A stretch of 64,000 bases of DNA from Octopus bimaculoides (Eukaryota). The position numbers and the translations under genes are program-made. A model generated the notes under the pieces. It did no database searches and had not been told where the DNA came from. It worked only from the letters and a program-made list of their open reading frames with translations. Of the stretch, positions 1 to 13,159 are shown piece by piece; within the stretch, counting starts at the first letter, position 1, and each line of letters begins with the position of its first letter. The stretch is taken from the NCBI RefSeq assembly GCF_001194135.2, contig NC_068985.1:24033138-24097137 (forward strand), given 5' to 3'.

Positions 1-331
1 ATAGCTCGTCTGTTATGGTCTGTGTTATTTTGTTTGTTGTTGTTTTGTGCTTCAGTAGTAGCCTGTCTGTGTTGTTGATTTGCTGTGCTGTTCTATTTAT
101 GTCTGGGTTGGGTAGCTGTGTAGAGATTTTACTATGATTTAGCCTTTTATTTACTATTTACAGAGTTATCTCTGTTGTGCTCCCTTCTTTCGCTTGTGGT
201 GTCGTAATCGACTTAACCCATCCTCCCAAATGTCAGGCCTTGTGCCTATAGTAGAAAGAATTATCATCATCATCGTCGTCGTCGTCATCATCCTCATCAT
301 CCCCATCATCATCACCATCATCATCATCATC

Positions 332-549
332 AAGCTGGTGAGCGGGCAGAATCGTTAGCACATCGGGCGAAATGCTTAGCGGTACTTCATCTGCTGCTAC
401 CTTCTGAGTTCAAATTCCGCCGAGGTCGATTTTGGCTTTCATCCTTTCGTGGTTGATTAAATAAGTACCAGTTACGCACTGGAGTCAATGTAATCGGCTT
501 AATCCCTTACCCCAAATTTGAGGCATTGTGCTTCTAGTAGAAAGGGATT
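332..549 (+). mobile_element. tRNA-derived SINE, family 1 (Meta-domain-like), near full length
   Basis: A-box-like GGCAGAATCGTTAG and B-box GAGTTCAAATTCC, then body GAGGTCGA..TTTCATCCTTTCG..GATTAAATAAGTACCAG. More than 20 copies of this family occur in the window. The Meta-domain assignment is from memory. Confidence 0.85.
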
Positions 550-2212
550 GTCTATAGATCTACCTATTTGCGTGGACTGGCATATCCCGTAATATACAAT
601 AGTTGCTTTCGTGCATTCTGAGACTTCCCTACTATATATTTATACCATTTCTTGTCGGTTGGAATTTTAGATTATCAGATTATTTGAGTGTTAAGCCTTA
701 ACTCTATCTTGCTTGTAAATGAATTTTTCTTTTGGCTGAGAAAGGTAGTTGGATGTAATAGTATTAATTATTATTTCCCATCTTCCACATGTTGAACAGT
801 TAATGAATGTATTCTCTTAATCACTTGCTTTTGCTGCTATCTAATATTGATCCTGTATAGCAATCGATTACCATTCAGTTTCAGCTGTGCAATCCGTTCT
901 ACACAGCCAACTGCAATTTTTTACTTTTTATTTCCGCCATTCAATTGTTTTTTCCCGCCAATGGTTTTACCTTTAACTCGATTTTTCTTGTTATTCTCTA
1001 TTTCTCTCAACTGTTTGTTATCTTAATCTTGAGTGAGTTTTTTTACCTTTTGCTGGCTCCATTCAGAACAGAAAGCTCTTTTACCTTTTCCTCGGTTGTG
1101 TTTTGCAGTTATCTGTATTAATTTTTCTTTGTCCTGTACTAGATATGTAGATCTACTGTGGACGTTTTAGAATTGTCTTCCCGTTAAAGAAACATCTACA
1201 TCCGTATGGTATAAACGTTCTTTGACATATTTGTGTGATGTATTCTAATCACATTTATTATTTTCTTGCTTTTCTATCTTGTCCGACTAATTTATTCAAT
1301 GTCAAGTACAAAACGTTATAATCATACCTTATTAATCTCTGACAGATAGTGTATTGATTCTTACTATTTCTAACATTTAGCTCTGTTAAAGTATTGAACT
1401 AATGAATCTTCTTCAATATTTCTTCCTAAAACTTTCTTCCATTCGTATGTGTTGTACAGTTTAGTTCGTTTATTCTTAAATATCTGAGTGTCTGCATGTC
1501 TTGTAACTATAAATTTCTTTATATAACATTATAATGGTGTTCATAATTTTCCTTTCTTCAAGGCTACTATGATGTAATCTTTTCAATCCCTTACCAATTC
1601 CTTCCGTAAATCCGCCTAGTGTACGCAGCAGTGTTTCTCGTTGATGATCATCTACACTATCAAACTTGAGACCGTCCAAATACAAGCTAGTTAATTATCT
1701 TCACACAACATATATATATTCAAATTCAATCAGGTTTAACTTTCTTGTTGTTAGGTGTTAGCGCCAGATAGAAGTAGGTTGGCGAAAAGTGTCAGCTTGA
1801 AATATTCCTCCTTTAATAGAGATTCGGGTTAGCTATAATAATTCCCTATTTTTACTGGTATTTGTAAAATTGTTCGCCATTTTGACATAACGTTTAATAT
1901 ATCAGTTTATTACTGACGCTGCGTTACTCGTGACTAAGGTTTTCTGCGATTAGATATGGTGGAGCTAAGAAAAGCCTCCTTATAGTCAGTGTACGCCATG
2001 TTTAAAGTCTTTCTTCTACAGTTTCTTTTTTGTTTTATTATTGTTTTATTATTGTTTATGCTCTGTGATATTATTGAAGTTAAGGGTTTGTAGCCTGTAG
2101 GAAAACATGCTATGGGTTTGTAATATTGAGGGCTTGCTGTTTTTTTTAGTCATAGGGATTAATTCTCCTTATTGAGCTAATATTTTCATTCTGGTTCGTT
2201 TTCTCTTTGTTG

Positions 2213-2216
<4 letters not shown>

Positions 2217-2288
<72 letters not shown>

Positions 2289-2292
2289 CATT
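2217..2292. repeat. (TTA)n microsatellite
   Basis: Direct reading. Confidence 0.95.
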
Positions 2293-2321
2293 ATATTGTC
2301 AAGCATTATTTCGTCAGTCTT

Positions 2322-2480
2322 AACGTTCTGAGTTCAAATTCTCCAACGCCGGCTTTGCTTTTCATCCTTTCAGAGTCGACAAATTAAGTGCTAGTTGAGT
2401 GCTGGGTTCAATGGAATCGATTCTTTCTCTCTCCGCTAAACAATCTCAGACCTTGTGTCTATGGTAGAAACGATTACTTC
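2322..2480 (+). mobile_element. SINE family 1, 5'-truncated
   Basis: ACGTTCTGAGTTCAAATT..CTTTGCTTTTCATCCTTTC body. Confidence 0.75.
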
Positions 2481-3059
2481 TTCAAGTTTTTCTAAATGTT
2501 ATGTTATCTTTTAGCCAGAGAATACATATAAAAAGCGCCACTTTTTTGTGTACTGCAGTTAGTTTGAGATTAAGGTTAGTTTCCTTCCAAATTTTATTCA
2601 AGAGATTTTCCTTGTTTCGTTTTATGGTTAGAGTGCAGCTATATAATAAGAACAGAGAATAAGAAAGTATTCATTCCACGTCCATTTAAGGAATTTTTAG
2701 GTATGTGTGTTGTGTGTGTGTGTGGAGGTGGAGGTGGCGGTGGTGTGTGTGTGTGTGCGTAGCAAAATTTCGTAATATCCAGTTTTTTCATCTTGTCAAT
2801 TTCGTTGGGTAACTGTATATTTGTGTCTCGCTATACCTTAGTTTTCACGTTATTTTCGATGCGGTATTTTTTATGCTTTAAAGTTAAAGTACGCATTTCC
2901 ATTTTAACATTGATAGGAATAACAAGGTTCTTATTTGTAACCTTTTTGCCTGGTGATTTTAGACAGCATTATCTAGAAGATTTGACTTCATTTCCAACTC
3001 TTTATGAACTGGCACGTATCATTTTCTGAAACGTTTTCAAATATATCATGGCACCTGTT

Positions 3060-3435
3060 CTTTAAACTTAGGAAATATCAACAAGACAGTGTTCTTATTG
3101 CTGGCATTTATAAGCTGGGCAAACATACAGAAAGAAAAAAATAGATCTGCAAGATATGGGAACTAACTGAAAAGCATTGATAAGTGATTGATTATAACGA
3201 TAAACATATATATGCCTATGAGCGGCGCAATTCTGGAACATGCTCATGTTGTTAGGAGATTTCTCACATTATATTTGTTAATATTCCTAAAAAGGCTTGC
3301 TCCTAGGAATAGCAAAGATACTACCAGAAGATTTTTGAGCAACTGATGGCGTATTGAAATCATGTGGATATCTAAGGTTACTGGTAGCAATCCGCTGCCC
3401 GCATTAATTCTACCAGGAATAAGATCAATACTGAG
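3060..3435 (+). mobile_element. 3' end of R4/Dong-like LINE, degenerate
   Basis: LLGIAKIL C-terminal motif followed by a 3'UTR (TGTGGATATCTAAGGTTACTGGTAGCAATCCGC..CCAGGAATAAGA) similar to the 3'UTR of the copy at 17105-17240. Confidence 0.55.
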
Positions 3436-3870
3436 TTAAGAAGATGATTGTAATGATATGCTGTAACACAAGCCAAAGAATACAGCCAGTGTGCAGAACA
3501 CATACTGTACGAAATGACCAGCCAATTGAATAACGCAACATATACTATAAGATACAACTCTAGCACCCCAACTTACGTAGCTCGTATTCTACACACTTGT
3601 CTCCAATAATGTAGCGCATCTACACAACAAATATTCTACTCAATCATTGTCTGCCACCAATCATACAACAGGTACGAAACTCAACCCGACAGCATAACAC
3701 AACTCACAGGGCACATACTTTACATAACGGACAAAACACTAAAATAGCATCAGAAATACGAACATAAATTCCGCATTCGAAACAAAACGGAAGTAACTAC
3801 ATTCCCCGAGAGGAACATGAAAGAGGTGTATCTGATGATGCCATAAAAGTTTGCGTGAACCTCTTGAAAC

Positions 3871-3945
<75 letters not shown>
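3871..3945. repeat. (AAT)n microsatellite at 5' junction of LINE fragment
   Basis: Direct reading. Confidence 0.95.
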
Positions 3946-3948
<3 letters not shown>

Positions 3949-4700
3949 GGATGCGAACACAGCATGGACAATTTCATAGGGATGTTGAAAATAAGACAGA
4001 CAGAAAAAAGATAGCTATGGATGACTAAAAGTGATTTAAAACCGGAAACGGAGGCTCTAATCTGTGTTTCCCAAGCACTAAGAACAAATTACATCAAATG
4101 CAGATAGACAACACATCAGAAAGTGATAAGTGCAGAATCTGTGGACAAAATGGTGAAACCGTATGACATATTACCAGTGAATGTATGGACTTGACAGAGC
4201 AAAAAATTGGTACGACCACAAACCCGAAGGCATCATCGAAAATGATAATGCAAAGATCCTATGGGATTTTATGATTCAGTGTGACCATGAAATAGAGAAT
4301 AGGAAGCCAGACATAGTGTTAATTGAGAAAGAAAGCATACGATGCTGGATCATAGATATAGTATGCCCAGCTGACAACAAGGTATGCGGTAAGGAAGACA
4401 GAAAAGTCGATAGATATGACAGATTAACGTGGAAGGTTAAGCAGTTGTGGTCGATGAAAAAAGTGGTAGTAGTACTAATAAATGTCGGAGCCCTGGGAAC
4501 AGTGAGTAAAAATCTTGAGAAGTACATGGAACAAAAAGGCGCTGCAATAAGGATGGAGCACTTGCAGAACACAGCACTGCTTGGAACTGCTCGAATACTT
4601 TGGATGGTGCTCGAAAAATAATGGGTGTTACCTTAGTTCACTGGTAATGAACAGCTGGCACCGTAGTACATCTCCAGCGTTAGAAGATGTGCAAAGACAA
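3944..4700 (+). mobile_element. 5'-truncated R4/Dong-like non-LTR retrotransposon: CCHC knuckle, restriction-like endonuclease and 3'UTR
   Basis: HGQFHRDV, KSDLKPETEALIC, CRICGQNGETV*HITSEC, then ORF 4181-4621 WYDHKPEGIIENDNAKILWDFMIQCDHEIENRKPDIVLI..IIDIVCPAD..K..KVDRY..VGALG..LLGTARIL (PD..D/E..K endonuclease), ending in an (AAC)n(AAT)n tail. Confidence 0.92.
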
Positions 4701-4705
4701 TAAAT

Positions 4706-4788
<83 letters not shown>

Positions 4789-4797
4789 TAATAACAA
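4700..4797. repeat. (AAC)n(AAT)n microsatellite tail
   Basis: Direct reading. Confidence 0.95.
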
Positions 4798-4938
4798 TTC
4801 CTACAGTAGGTACAATGATCCAAAAGGATGTTAGGCAACTTCAAATTCGGTAAAGTTTGAACTTAGAACGTCAAGACGGACGAAACACCGCTAAGAATTT
4901 CATCCGATTCTGCATACGATTCTGCCAGCTTACCATCT
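4798..4938 (-). mobile_element. SINE family 1, degenerate
   Basis: Reverse-complement match TTTGAACTTAGAACG..GACGAAACACCGCTAAG..CGATTCTGCCAGCT. Confidence 0.7.
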
Positions 4939-4970
4939 TAATAATAATAGTAGTAGTAGTAATGATGATG

Positions 4971-5029
<59 letters not shown>

Positions 5030-5059
5030 GTAATAATAATATTTTGCATAGAAAATAAC

Positions 5060-5240
5060 ATATAGAATAGAAGAAAGACAAGTTAAAAAACTGATTTATC
5101 GATCTGACCTGGCCAGACACGTTCTACAATTATAAAGACGTGAATCCGAAGAAAGATACTTGAGATTTGAGGAGACTTGATGTCACCAAATCTCAAGACA
5201 ACGTCCTGATAACTAATGTAGCACATGAGAATTATGATGG
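5060..5240 (+). mobile_element. Short 3' end of an RLE-type LINE
   Basis: IIKT*IRRKILEI* resembles the LL.TARILRKVLE* terminus. It is followed by GAGGAGACTTGATGTCAC and an (AAT)n tail. Confidence 0.5.
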
Positions 5241-5797
5241 TAACTGTAATAATAATAATAATAATAATGTATTAGTAATAACTTTGTAAGTAGTAATTTT
5301 GTAAGAGAAATAAAAAAAGCAAAGCTTAAATTTCAGAAACATATTTATTATCATCCATACCATTATACCAAGCATACCATCAAAGCATTGGGGGGAAAAA
5401 TAGAAAAAAAAAATGCAAATGAGAACAAAATATATATAACACAATGATTTTTCACCGTTTTTGCTTTAATCGTATAAAGACCCACCCCAATATCCAAGGT
5501 TAATGTTGATCGTCTTTACTGGAAGTATAAAATATAATGACAGCAACAACACACGGAGAAGAAACAATAAGTGGTAACAAGAAAATTGATAACAACAAGA
5601 AAAACCTCACACATGACTATATATATATATATATACACATATATATATAATCATTTTGTCAGTGAGGTTTTCTGAAAACAAATCATTATCATCAACAACA
5701 GCAATAAGAGAGAGAATGATTACAATGATGTTGATGGTGGTGGTGGTGGTAGTGCGCGTAATGATGATGATGATAATGATGATGAATATAACAACAT

Positions 5798-6449
5798 CGG
5801 TTTCAAGTTTTGGCACAAGGCCAGAAATTTCGGGGGCGGTGAGTGGCAAGTCGATTACATCGAACTCAATACTCAACTGGAACTTATTTTTTATCGATCT
5901 CCGGAATGATGAAAAGGAAAATCGATTTTGGCAAATTTTGAACTCAGAACGTAAAGACGGATGAAATGCCGCTAAGAATTTAACCCGGCGCGGTAACGAT
6001 TCTGCTAGCTCACGACCTTACATAAATATTGTAATATTCTTTTTTTGGGGGGGGAGGGGAGGGTCAGTCGTTTAGATCAACTCCAGAACGCAACTAGTAC
6101 TTAATTTATCGACCCCCGCCGAAAGTCGACATCGGCGGAATTTGAACTCAGAACGTAAAGACGGATGAAATACCGCTAAGCATTTCGTCCGGCGTGCTAA
6201 CGATTCTGCCAGCTCACTGCCTTGTAAATATAGTAATATTTTTTTCTTTGTTGCCCACAGGGGGCTAAACGTAGAGGAGGCAAACAAGGACACAGAAAGG
6301 GATTAAGTAGATTACATCGACCCCAGTGCGTAACTGGTACTTATTTAATCGACCCCGAAAGGATGAAAGGCAAAGTCGACCTCGGCGCAGGCGAAATACC
6401 GCTAAGCATTTCGCCCGGCGTGCTAACGATTCTGCCAGCTCGCCGCCTT
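5798..6449 (-). mobile_element. Three head-to-tail SINE family 1 copies (about 5798-6020, 6060-6223, 6245-6449)
   Basis: Three successive GAAAT[AG]CCGCTAAG..AACGATTCTGC[CT]AGCTC head motifs on the minus strand. Confidence 0.9.
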
Positions 6450-6939
6450 ATGAACATAGTAATATTGCTACTACTATCGGTAGGAAGATGATGATACGCT
6501 AATTATTGCTCTAGCACAAACAATACCATAACATTTATATGCGTTATAATGATATAATCGAAATAATGGTGCTGGTTATCTTGAAGATCTTGACAGCCAG
6601 CGTCATTATGATTATAATCATCATCATCATGATTATCATCATAATCATCATCGGCATCGTTATCATTAGCAGCGGCAGCAGTGGCTGTGGCAGCAACAGC
6701 AGCAGTAGTGGTAGCAGCAGCAGAATCTTTGTAATTCTGCAGAGCCTCAACCACTAATATCGACCAAGTCAACAGTCGTTACCAACTCAAACAAGCGCCC
6801 ATAAAAACAAACCGCCGCCACCACCAACACCACCGACACCACCACCATCACTACCTCGTTTACTTTCATACTCCTTAATTATTGATGTTCCTCTGAGTTA
6901 CGCGAACATCCTTCATCTCTTGCTGTTCCACCTCCCTCT

Positions 6940-6966
6940 TATCATCATCATCATCATCATCATCAG

Positions 6967-7009
<43 letters not shown>

Positions 7010-7052
7010 GTCATCGTCATCATCATCATCACCAACATCATCATCATCATCG
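6940..7052. repeat. (ATC)n microsatellite
   Basis: Direct reading. Confidence 0.95.
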
Positions 7053-7420
7053 ACGTTTTCTCTCGTTCCATGTCAGCGTGATCATCGCCATTGTTGTCTC
7101 AATAGTAATTTTTTTTCTAAGTTTTAATTCATGAAAAAAAAAAAAAAAAATTTCAAAAGGTAACAGCTATCACGTGATTGCCATTAACAATTATAAGCGA
7201 TGAAAAAGAGAGAAACAAAAAAAACAAATCAACAACAAACAATCAAATAAATGAAAAAATAATAACAAGAACAACAACAAGAACAACAACAACAACATCA
7301 GAGTTTACTAATGAACCAAATATGTTATGATCCTTGCACCGAGTTCAGGTTCAACAACTCTTCTGTGTTTCTTCAGCAATAATCACAGTGTGCATTGATT
7401 GACATTCTCGACAACACAGC

Positions 7421-7468
<48 letters not shown>

Positions 7469-7963
7469 CATATAGGTATACATACGTATATGCAATAGAA
7501 AATAAGTATTCTTAACGTTAAAGAAATGTATATATATGCTTACGGCTGCAGCATTCTTCAATGTGCGTAATGTGCGTAGATGCACCATACACACAATATG
7601 AGAAACACAGACATGTAAAATATGTACATATTTATGTATGCGTGTATGCCCCTCTCCCTCTCTCACACACTCTCTCATTCTATATATATGTGTGTGTGTG
7701 TTTGTGTGCATGTGTGTATGTGTGTGTGTGTGTGTGGATGAATAAAGTAATCTGGTAGTGTACACAATATTGCATTGGTAGTAATATTGTAAGTCAGAGG
7801 AAATGAGAGATGCGCTCTTTAGTTTATTTTTGTATATGTACGTTCGGTAATCTTATATTAATATTCTAGAGAAAAATTCTTTCATTTTTTTCTGACTAAT
7901 ATTATTATTACAGCTACCCCTCTCCACACTCACACACACATAGATATTTATATATGTGTATAT

Positions 7964-8039
<76 letters not shown>

Positions 8040-8744
8040 GCATATATATATATGTATATGTACATATACATACGTATATATGTATGTATGTATGTATAGA
8101 GCATACACAAATGAAGGTAAATCAAATATCATACTCCATAAATTCTTCATTTATTAAGGTTACCTTTCACCTGTAGAGGATGTCACACATTCGCTAAATG
8201 ACGACTGACACTTGGCAATTATGAGAAAGAGAGATAATCTCAAGAGTTAAGATAATGAAATGATCTTACCATNNNNNNNNNNNNNNNNNNNNNNNNNNNN
8301 NNNNNNNNNNNNNNNNNNNNNNNNNNNNNNNNNNNNNNNNNNNNNNNNNNNNNNNNNNNNNNNNNNNNNNNNNNNNNNNNNNNNNNNNNNNNNNNNNNNN
8401 NNNNNNNNNNNNNNNNNNNNNNNNNNNNNNNNNNNNNNNNNNNNNNNNNACACACACATATATATATGCACACATACATACATGCATACATACATACATA
8501 TACATGTACATACATATACATACATGCATATATACATACATATATACATACACACATACATGCATATATATTCTTATACAGACACATATTTAAGTCCTCG
8601 TCTCTTTGCATCGTGGACAGTATGTTTCGGCAAACGTTTCAACTGAGAAACCCTTCTCAAAACCTGATGACCAAGTTGAAAGGAAACTCTGAACTAAATA
8701 TATTCACTGTTTTGAACATTGTAACACATACATACATACATACA

Positions 8745-8777
<33 letters not shown>

Positions 8778-9288
8778 GTGTGTGTATGTATACATACACA
8801 TACATACACCTGTGTATGTATATGCATGTGTGAATATATATTTGCCATTTCACTCAACGTATACCACATGGTAAATTTGTACATACTTATGCATATAATT
8901 ATTTTAGTGTTACTTGTTTTGATATTTTGTTGTTTGGTGGGAGGAGTTTTGTGATAATATGTTCTTTTTTTCTTCTTTTTCACATCACAACAATAGAATT
9001 AATTGCTTATAAAATTTAATTCATAACAATAATTTTCAAACAATTCATTAAGAACATTTTTCAAAGATCGAAACATTGGAAGTAAAACAAAACAACAAAC
9101 ATAAAAAGAGCAATGAAATAAATCAATAACAAAAAACTTGTTTCGTAAAATGTCTTTTGTAACTTCATCAATTTCTTTTTTTAAGTACATTGTTACTCCA
9201 TAATGACTAGTAAACGAAGGGTCCGACGATGTGTAAAAAAAAAAAGTCTTTGAAAAATAATAATAATAATAGTAATAAAATTAATAAC

Positions 9289-9334
<46 letters not shown>

Positions 9335-9793
9335 TTATAATCCTTTTAATCGTAATAAACATGATAAATGACATGCTTATTATTATAAGAATCCAGTCAT
9401 AATTACTTTAGAAGAAATGACAATGCACTTTACTCTTCGCTGAAAAGCGAGAGTTGGAAAATACTAACGAGAACAAAAGAAATATACAGTCCAAGATTTT
9501 CAAGATTTTAATAAACAGGACGAAGTCTTCTACTAAATCTTCTGAGTTTTACTTCGTGTGTGTATATATATATATATGTTTGTATGTATATATGTATGTA
9601 TATACATATATACATACATACATANNNNNNNNNNNNNNNNNNNNATATATATATATATATATAAATATATTCTTTTTCTAATAACTGTTTCTTACGAGGC
9701 CATCAAGCCAGACGAATTTTTAAAATTATAATTTAGAAGGTAGGTAGGTAAAAGACAAATTAATTGTAATATTCGTGCCTTTCCCAAAGCAAT

Positions 9794-9881
9794 AGCAGTG
9801 TGAAAGGAATGAAATAAGTTCGAAAACCGACTCAAATATGGTTTCGTTTTCTGCTAGAACTTATTTCTACCTCACACTGCT
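9794..9881. other. Imperfect 88-nt inverted repeat (hairpin) in unique sequence
   Basis: AGCAGTGTGA/TCACACTGCT (10 bp), GG/CC, GAAATAAGTTC/GAACTTATTTC (11 bp), GAAAAC/GTTTTC (6 bp). Confidence 0.6.
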
Positions 9882-11374
9882 CACTACTGTTATTTTTTTT
9901 TTTTTTTTCACTTTTTTCTTTTGTACGTTAGTGATCCATTTTTAAAAATTTTAATCTAATAATATTAATAACAATCCAACACCTCAGTTTCCTTGACAGT
10001 GTAGAAAGGTCTCAAATTTTGTCACTTGTTCTCTATTAGTAATTTCGTCAAATGTTGCTACAATATCTTTAGAAAGTCCTACAAATAATATAAATGTATA
10101 TACCACAAGGTCCGACTACATTTTTGTTGTTGTTTCCGTTTTATAACAAGTTTATTTTAAAGGATATTTTTTTCTCTCCATTTAATTTACTTTCCGAAGA
10201 TTAATAATCATTTAATCATTTCTTGATAATCATTTTACAAATATTAATGTTTTGTGACTTTTTTTCTCATCCATTTCGTTTTTTTTTCCCCATTTTTTCC
10301 TTCATGCTTTTCTTTTCTGTTGCTTTAAAATGTCTTGAGGAAATATTGAGGTAAAAGAAATCTTTACCGAGTTGCTTAATTACAATAGAAATTTCATCAG
10401 AAGTATGTACTGTTCAAAATTCACGAAATCTTTCCGTGTATGTAAGTATGTAAGCACATTTGTGTGTATGTGTGTGTGTGAACTTGTGTGTATGTGCGTG
10501 TGTACTTTATTTTCATGATTGACACAGAATTTGTTTGAGATTTGACAGCTCTCCGTCGAGGTTTCGACGTAACCTTTCAATTAGTGCTAGATTTACTTAT
10601 TTTTGTTGCTGTTCATTTCTCGTTCATTGACACACAAAAACCCATTACAAACTTAGATTGAATAATGTTGTAACTCCACTATGTCCACAATTAAATTTCT
10701 GTGTGTTTGTGCATGTTTTTCGGCTGTTGTTAATGCAAAATCTTTAAGAGATTCACCAGTTTCAACATAAAGTCTACTACGATATCCTCCATTTATCTCT
10801 TTATAATTTTACCTTTTTATCTCTTACTGAAAATGTGTCATTTTGTACAAAAACGATGTCTGAAGTATTAAGATATTCATTACAATGATTTAAATGCAGC
10901 TATACTTTTTGGTATTGTTTCCAGTATATATGGGTGATGACAAATGATGTTATTAGAAGTTTAAAATGGCTGAAGATACAAACATTGAAGACTTCGCATA
11001 TTATCATTATTATTCAGTGTTATTGGTCTTGCTATTGTTTCTTTATTGATTACATTTCACACAATTTCAGTAACATTCTTCATACGTCGATATTTTCCCT
11101 TTAAAAATGTATCTAGAATCATTGTAGAATTTCATATTTTTAAAATGTATCTAAGCATTTAGACCTAATGATAGACTATCGAATAAAATAAATGTCCGAT
11201 GTCTCTGGATATTTATTTTATTTATTTATATACAGTAACGTTACTCTGATTCTATGATCAAATACATATATAAAATGATTAGTATTAGTATTAGAATATT
11301 AGTAGTCTTAGTAGGTTTAATATCAAGCGCGGTAGTAATAGTGGCGGTGGTGACAGAAGCATTATTATTATCAA

Positions 11375-11427
<53 letters not shown>

Positions 11428-11938
11428 ACACGATGTATTACTAAGCATCATGTTACTAGTAGTAAAGCGTGACTAACGAACAAATATTGGTAGCATAACT
11501 TGTAATGGTTGTCGAATTACTAATGCTTGTAATTGAGGTTTAAAATATTTTGTTGTTTAAAAAGCATAAACTCTGTTTTGTTAGTGATAATACTAAATAT
11601 CGCCAGAACAAAAATCGGAGAAAATTGGACCAAGTAAAAAATATATTTTTAGGAAGACTCCAATTTTTGAATCATCTGCATGTGCAAAGTATCTCATAGT
11701 AGTTGTTAGTGTTGTTTTGATTATATTTTTTTTGCTTGGTTTTTCGAATTTGTAGATACTGCTGTCGTCATAAATGCTATATTTTCGTCACTGGTCCGTT
11801 AATTGTTAATTTCTATTGCCAGTATATTACTACAGATAATACTTTGAGTATAAACCTAATGAGAAATTAGATACACACACACATACACACACACACACAC
11901 AAATATCTATATATCTGTATATACATATATATGTATAT

Positions 11939-12033
<95 letters not shown>

Positions 12034-13159
12034 NNNNNNNNNNNNNNNNNNNNNNNNNNNNNNNNNNNNNNNNNNNNNNNNNNNNNNNNNNNNNNNNNNN
12101 NNNNNNNNNNNNNNNNNNNNNNNNNNNNNNNNNNNNNNNNNNNNNNNNNNNNNNNNNNNNNNNNNNNNNNNNNNNNNNNNNNNNNNNNNNNNNNNNNNNN
12201 NNNNNNNNNNNNNNNNNNNNNNNNNNNNNNNNNNNNNNNNNNNNNNNNNNNNNNNNNNNNNNNNNNNNNNNNNNNNNNNNNNNNNNNNNNNNNNATAATG
12301 ATCATTAAAATGAGAATGTGTAGGGCAAGGAGGACGAACGTAATGAGGAGGAAAAGTAAGAGGCTGGAGAAAGAAAAAAGGGCAATAGGAAAGAAAGAAG
12401 CTTTCTCCGTAGGAAATAGCTGGACATATGATAAATCAGCAGTACCAAAAATCAAAGACGACTATACGAAATTAATTTTGATTTTTCCGTGATATTAGGA
12501 GAATTAAAAGACTCAAGCACCGTTATTTTAATATATGGTTGTCACTATATAAAAAAATTGCTGTAGCATAATTTTATCAGGATTGCCAAGCAATTCCTAC
12601 AATAAATTAGCAAGCAGCAGTGGAAGACATAATTTTTTTTTTATATAGAGTCAACAAAATTGTTTATTGCTGCTCATACTTCTGTAATTCAGAGACATGA
12701 GACCTCAGCACGCCAAGTTAACGAAACATCGTTACGTAAAAATAAATAAACAAATATAAATAGAATCTTTACCGATTATGGTATCTATTTTCATCTAGAT
12801 GGCTAAGGAAGCGAGAATTACTTGACTCTTTACATGCTTGCTGAGCTGTGCTTGTTATATATAGATGAAGTGTTTTCATAAAAAAATGGAAATTCTTGCA
12901 GTCTCGTAAAATCTCAGTCAAAGTTTATAAATTCTTATTTCTAATCGAAACACAAGTTCATATGTTTAGAGAAAGGGGTTAAAACTCAATTGCTTGGCTG
13001 GAACTTATGTTATGGTTCCTGAACCATAACATAAGACAAAGTCTTATGGTTCCTGAACGATAATAAGACAAAGTCAATCTCGATAGAATATGAATTCAGA
13101 ACGTATTAATGAACAAATATTAAAATATTAACCGCTAACAGCTGTTTCAACATTTGCTT

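Larger units (their letters stand above)
545..3040 (-). mobile_element. Degenerate non-LTR retrotransposon with RT, zinc knuckle and start of restriction-like endonuclease (R4/Dong-like), interrupted by SINE and microsatellites
   Basis: Manual minus-strand translation gives ordered, frameshifted motifs: NKIWKE, WLK, YYKPIACFPTGYKPLTSII (YRPITCLPT..KLLT), LNMAYTDYKEAF, GIFQADT (GIFQGD), LYLDGLKF (LYMDDLKL), SWLCRTDCTAETE..IAIQDQ, CSTCG, KWYKY, LRDMPVHANR. Confidence 0.8.

Noticed and set aside
3440-3870. Possible Penelope 3' remnant (CTGATGATGCC..GCGTGAA)
   Set aside because: No clear GIY-YIG translation. Too degenerate to call.
8265-8272. Minus-strand ATG|GTAAGA donor at a gap edge, possibly a hidden ChAT exon
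   Set aside because: Only 3 exon-side bases are visible, and the AT is probably the start of an (AT)n array. It cannot be supported.
9864-9874. UGAGGUAG (let-7 5' end) on the minus strand
   Set aside because: Only 8 nt match and the remainder is unlike let-7, so it is not called as let-7. Retained only as part of the hairpin finding.
11665-11691. YFAHADDSKIG, resembling a CR1/L2 RT FADD motif
   Set aside because: An isolated short match with no convincing flanking motifs.
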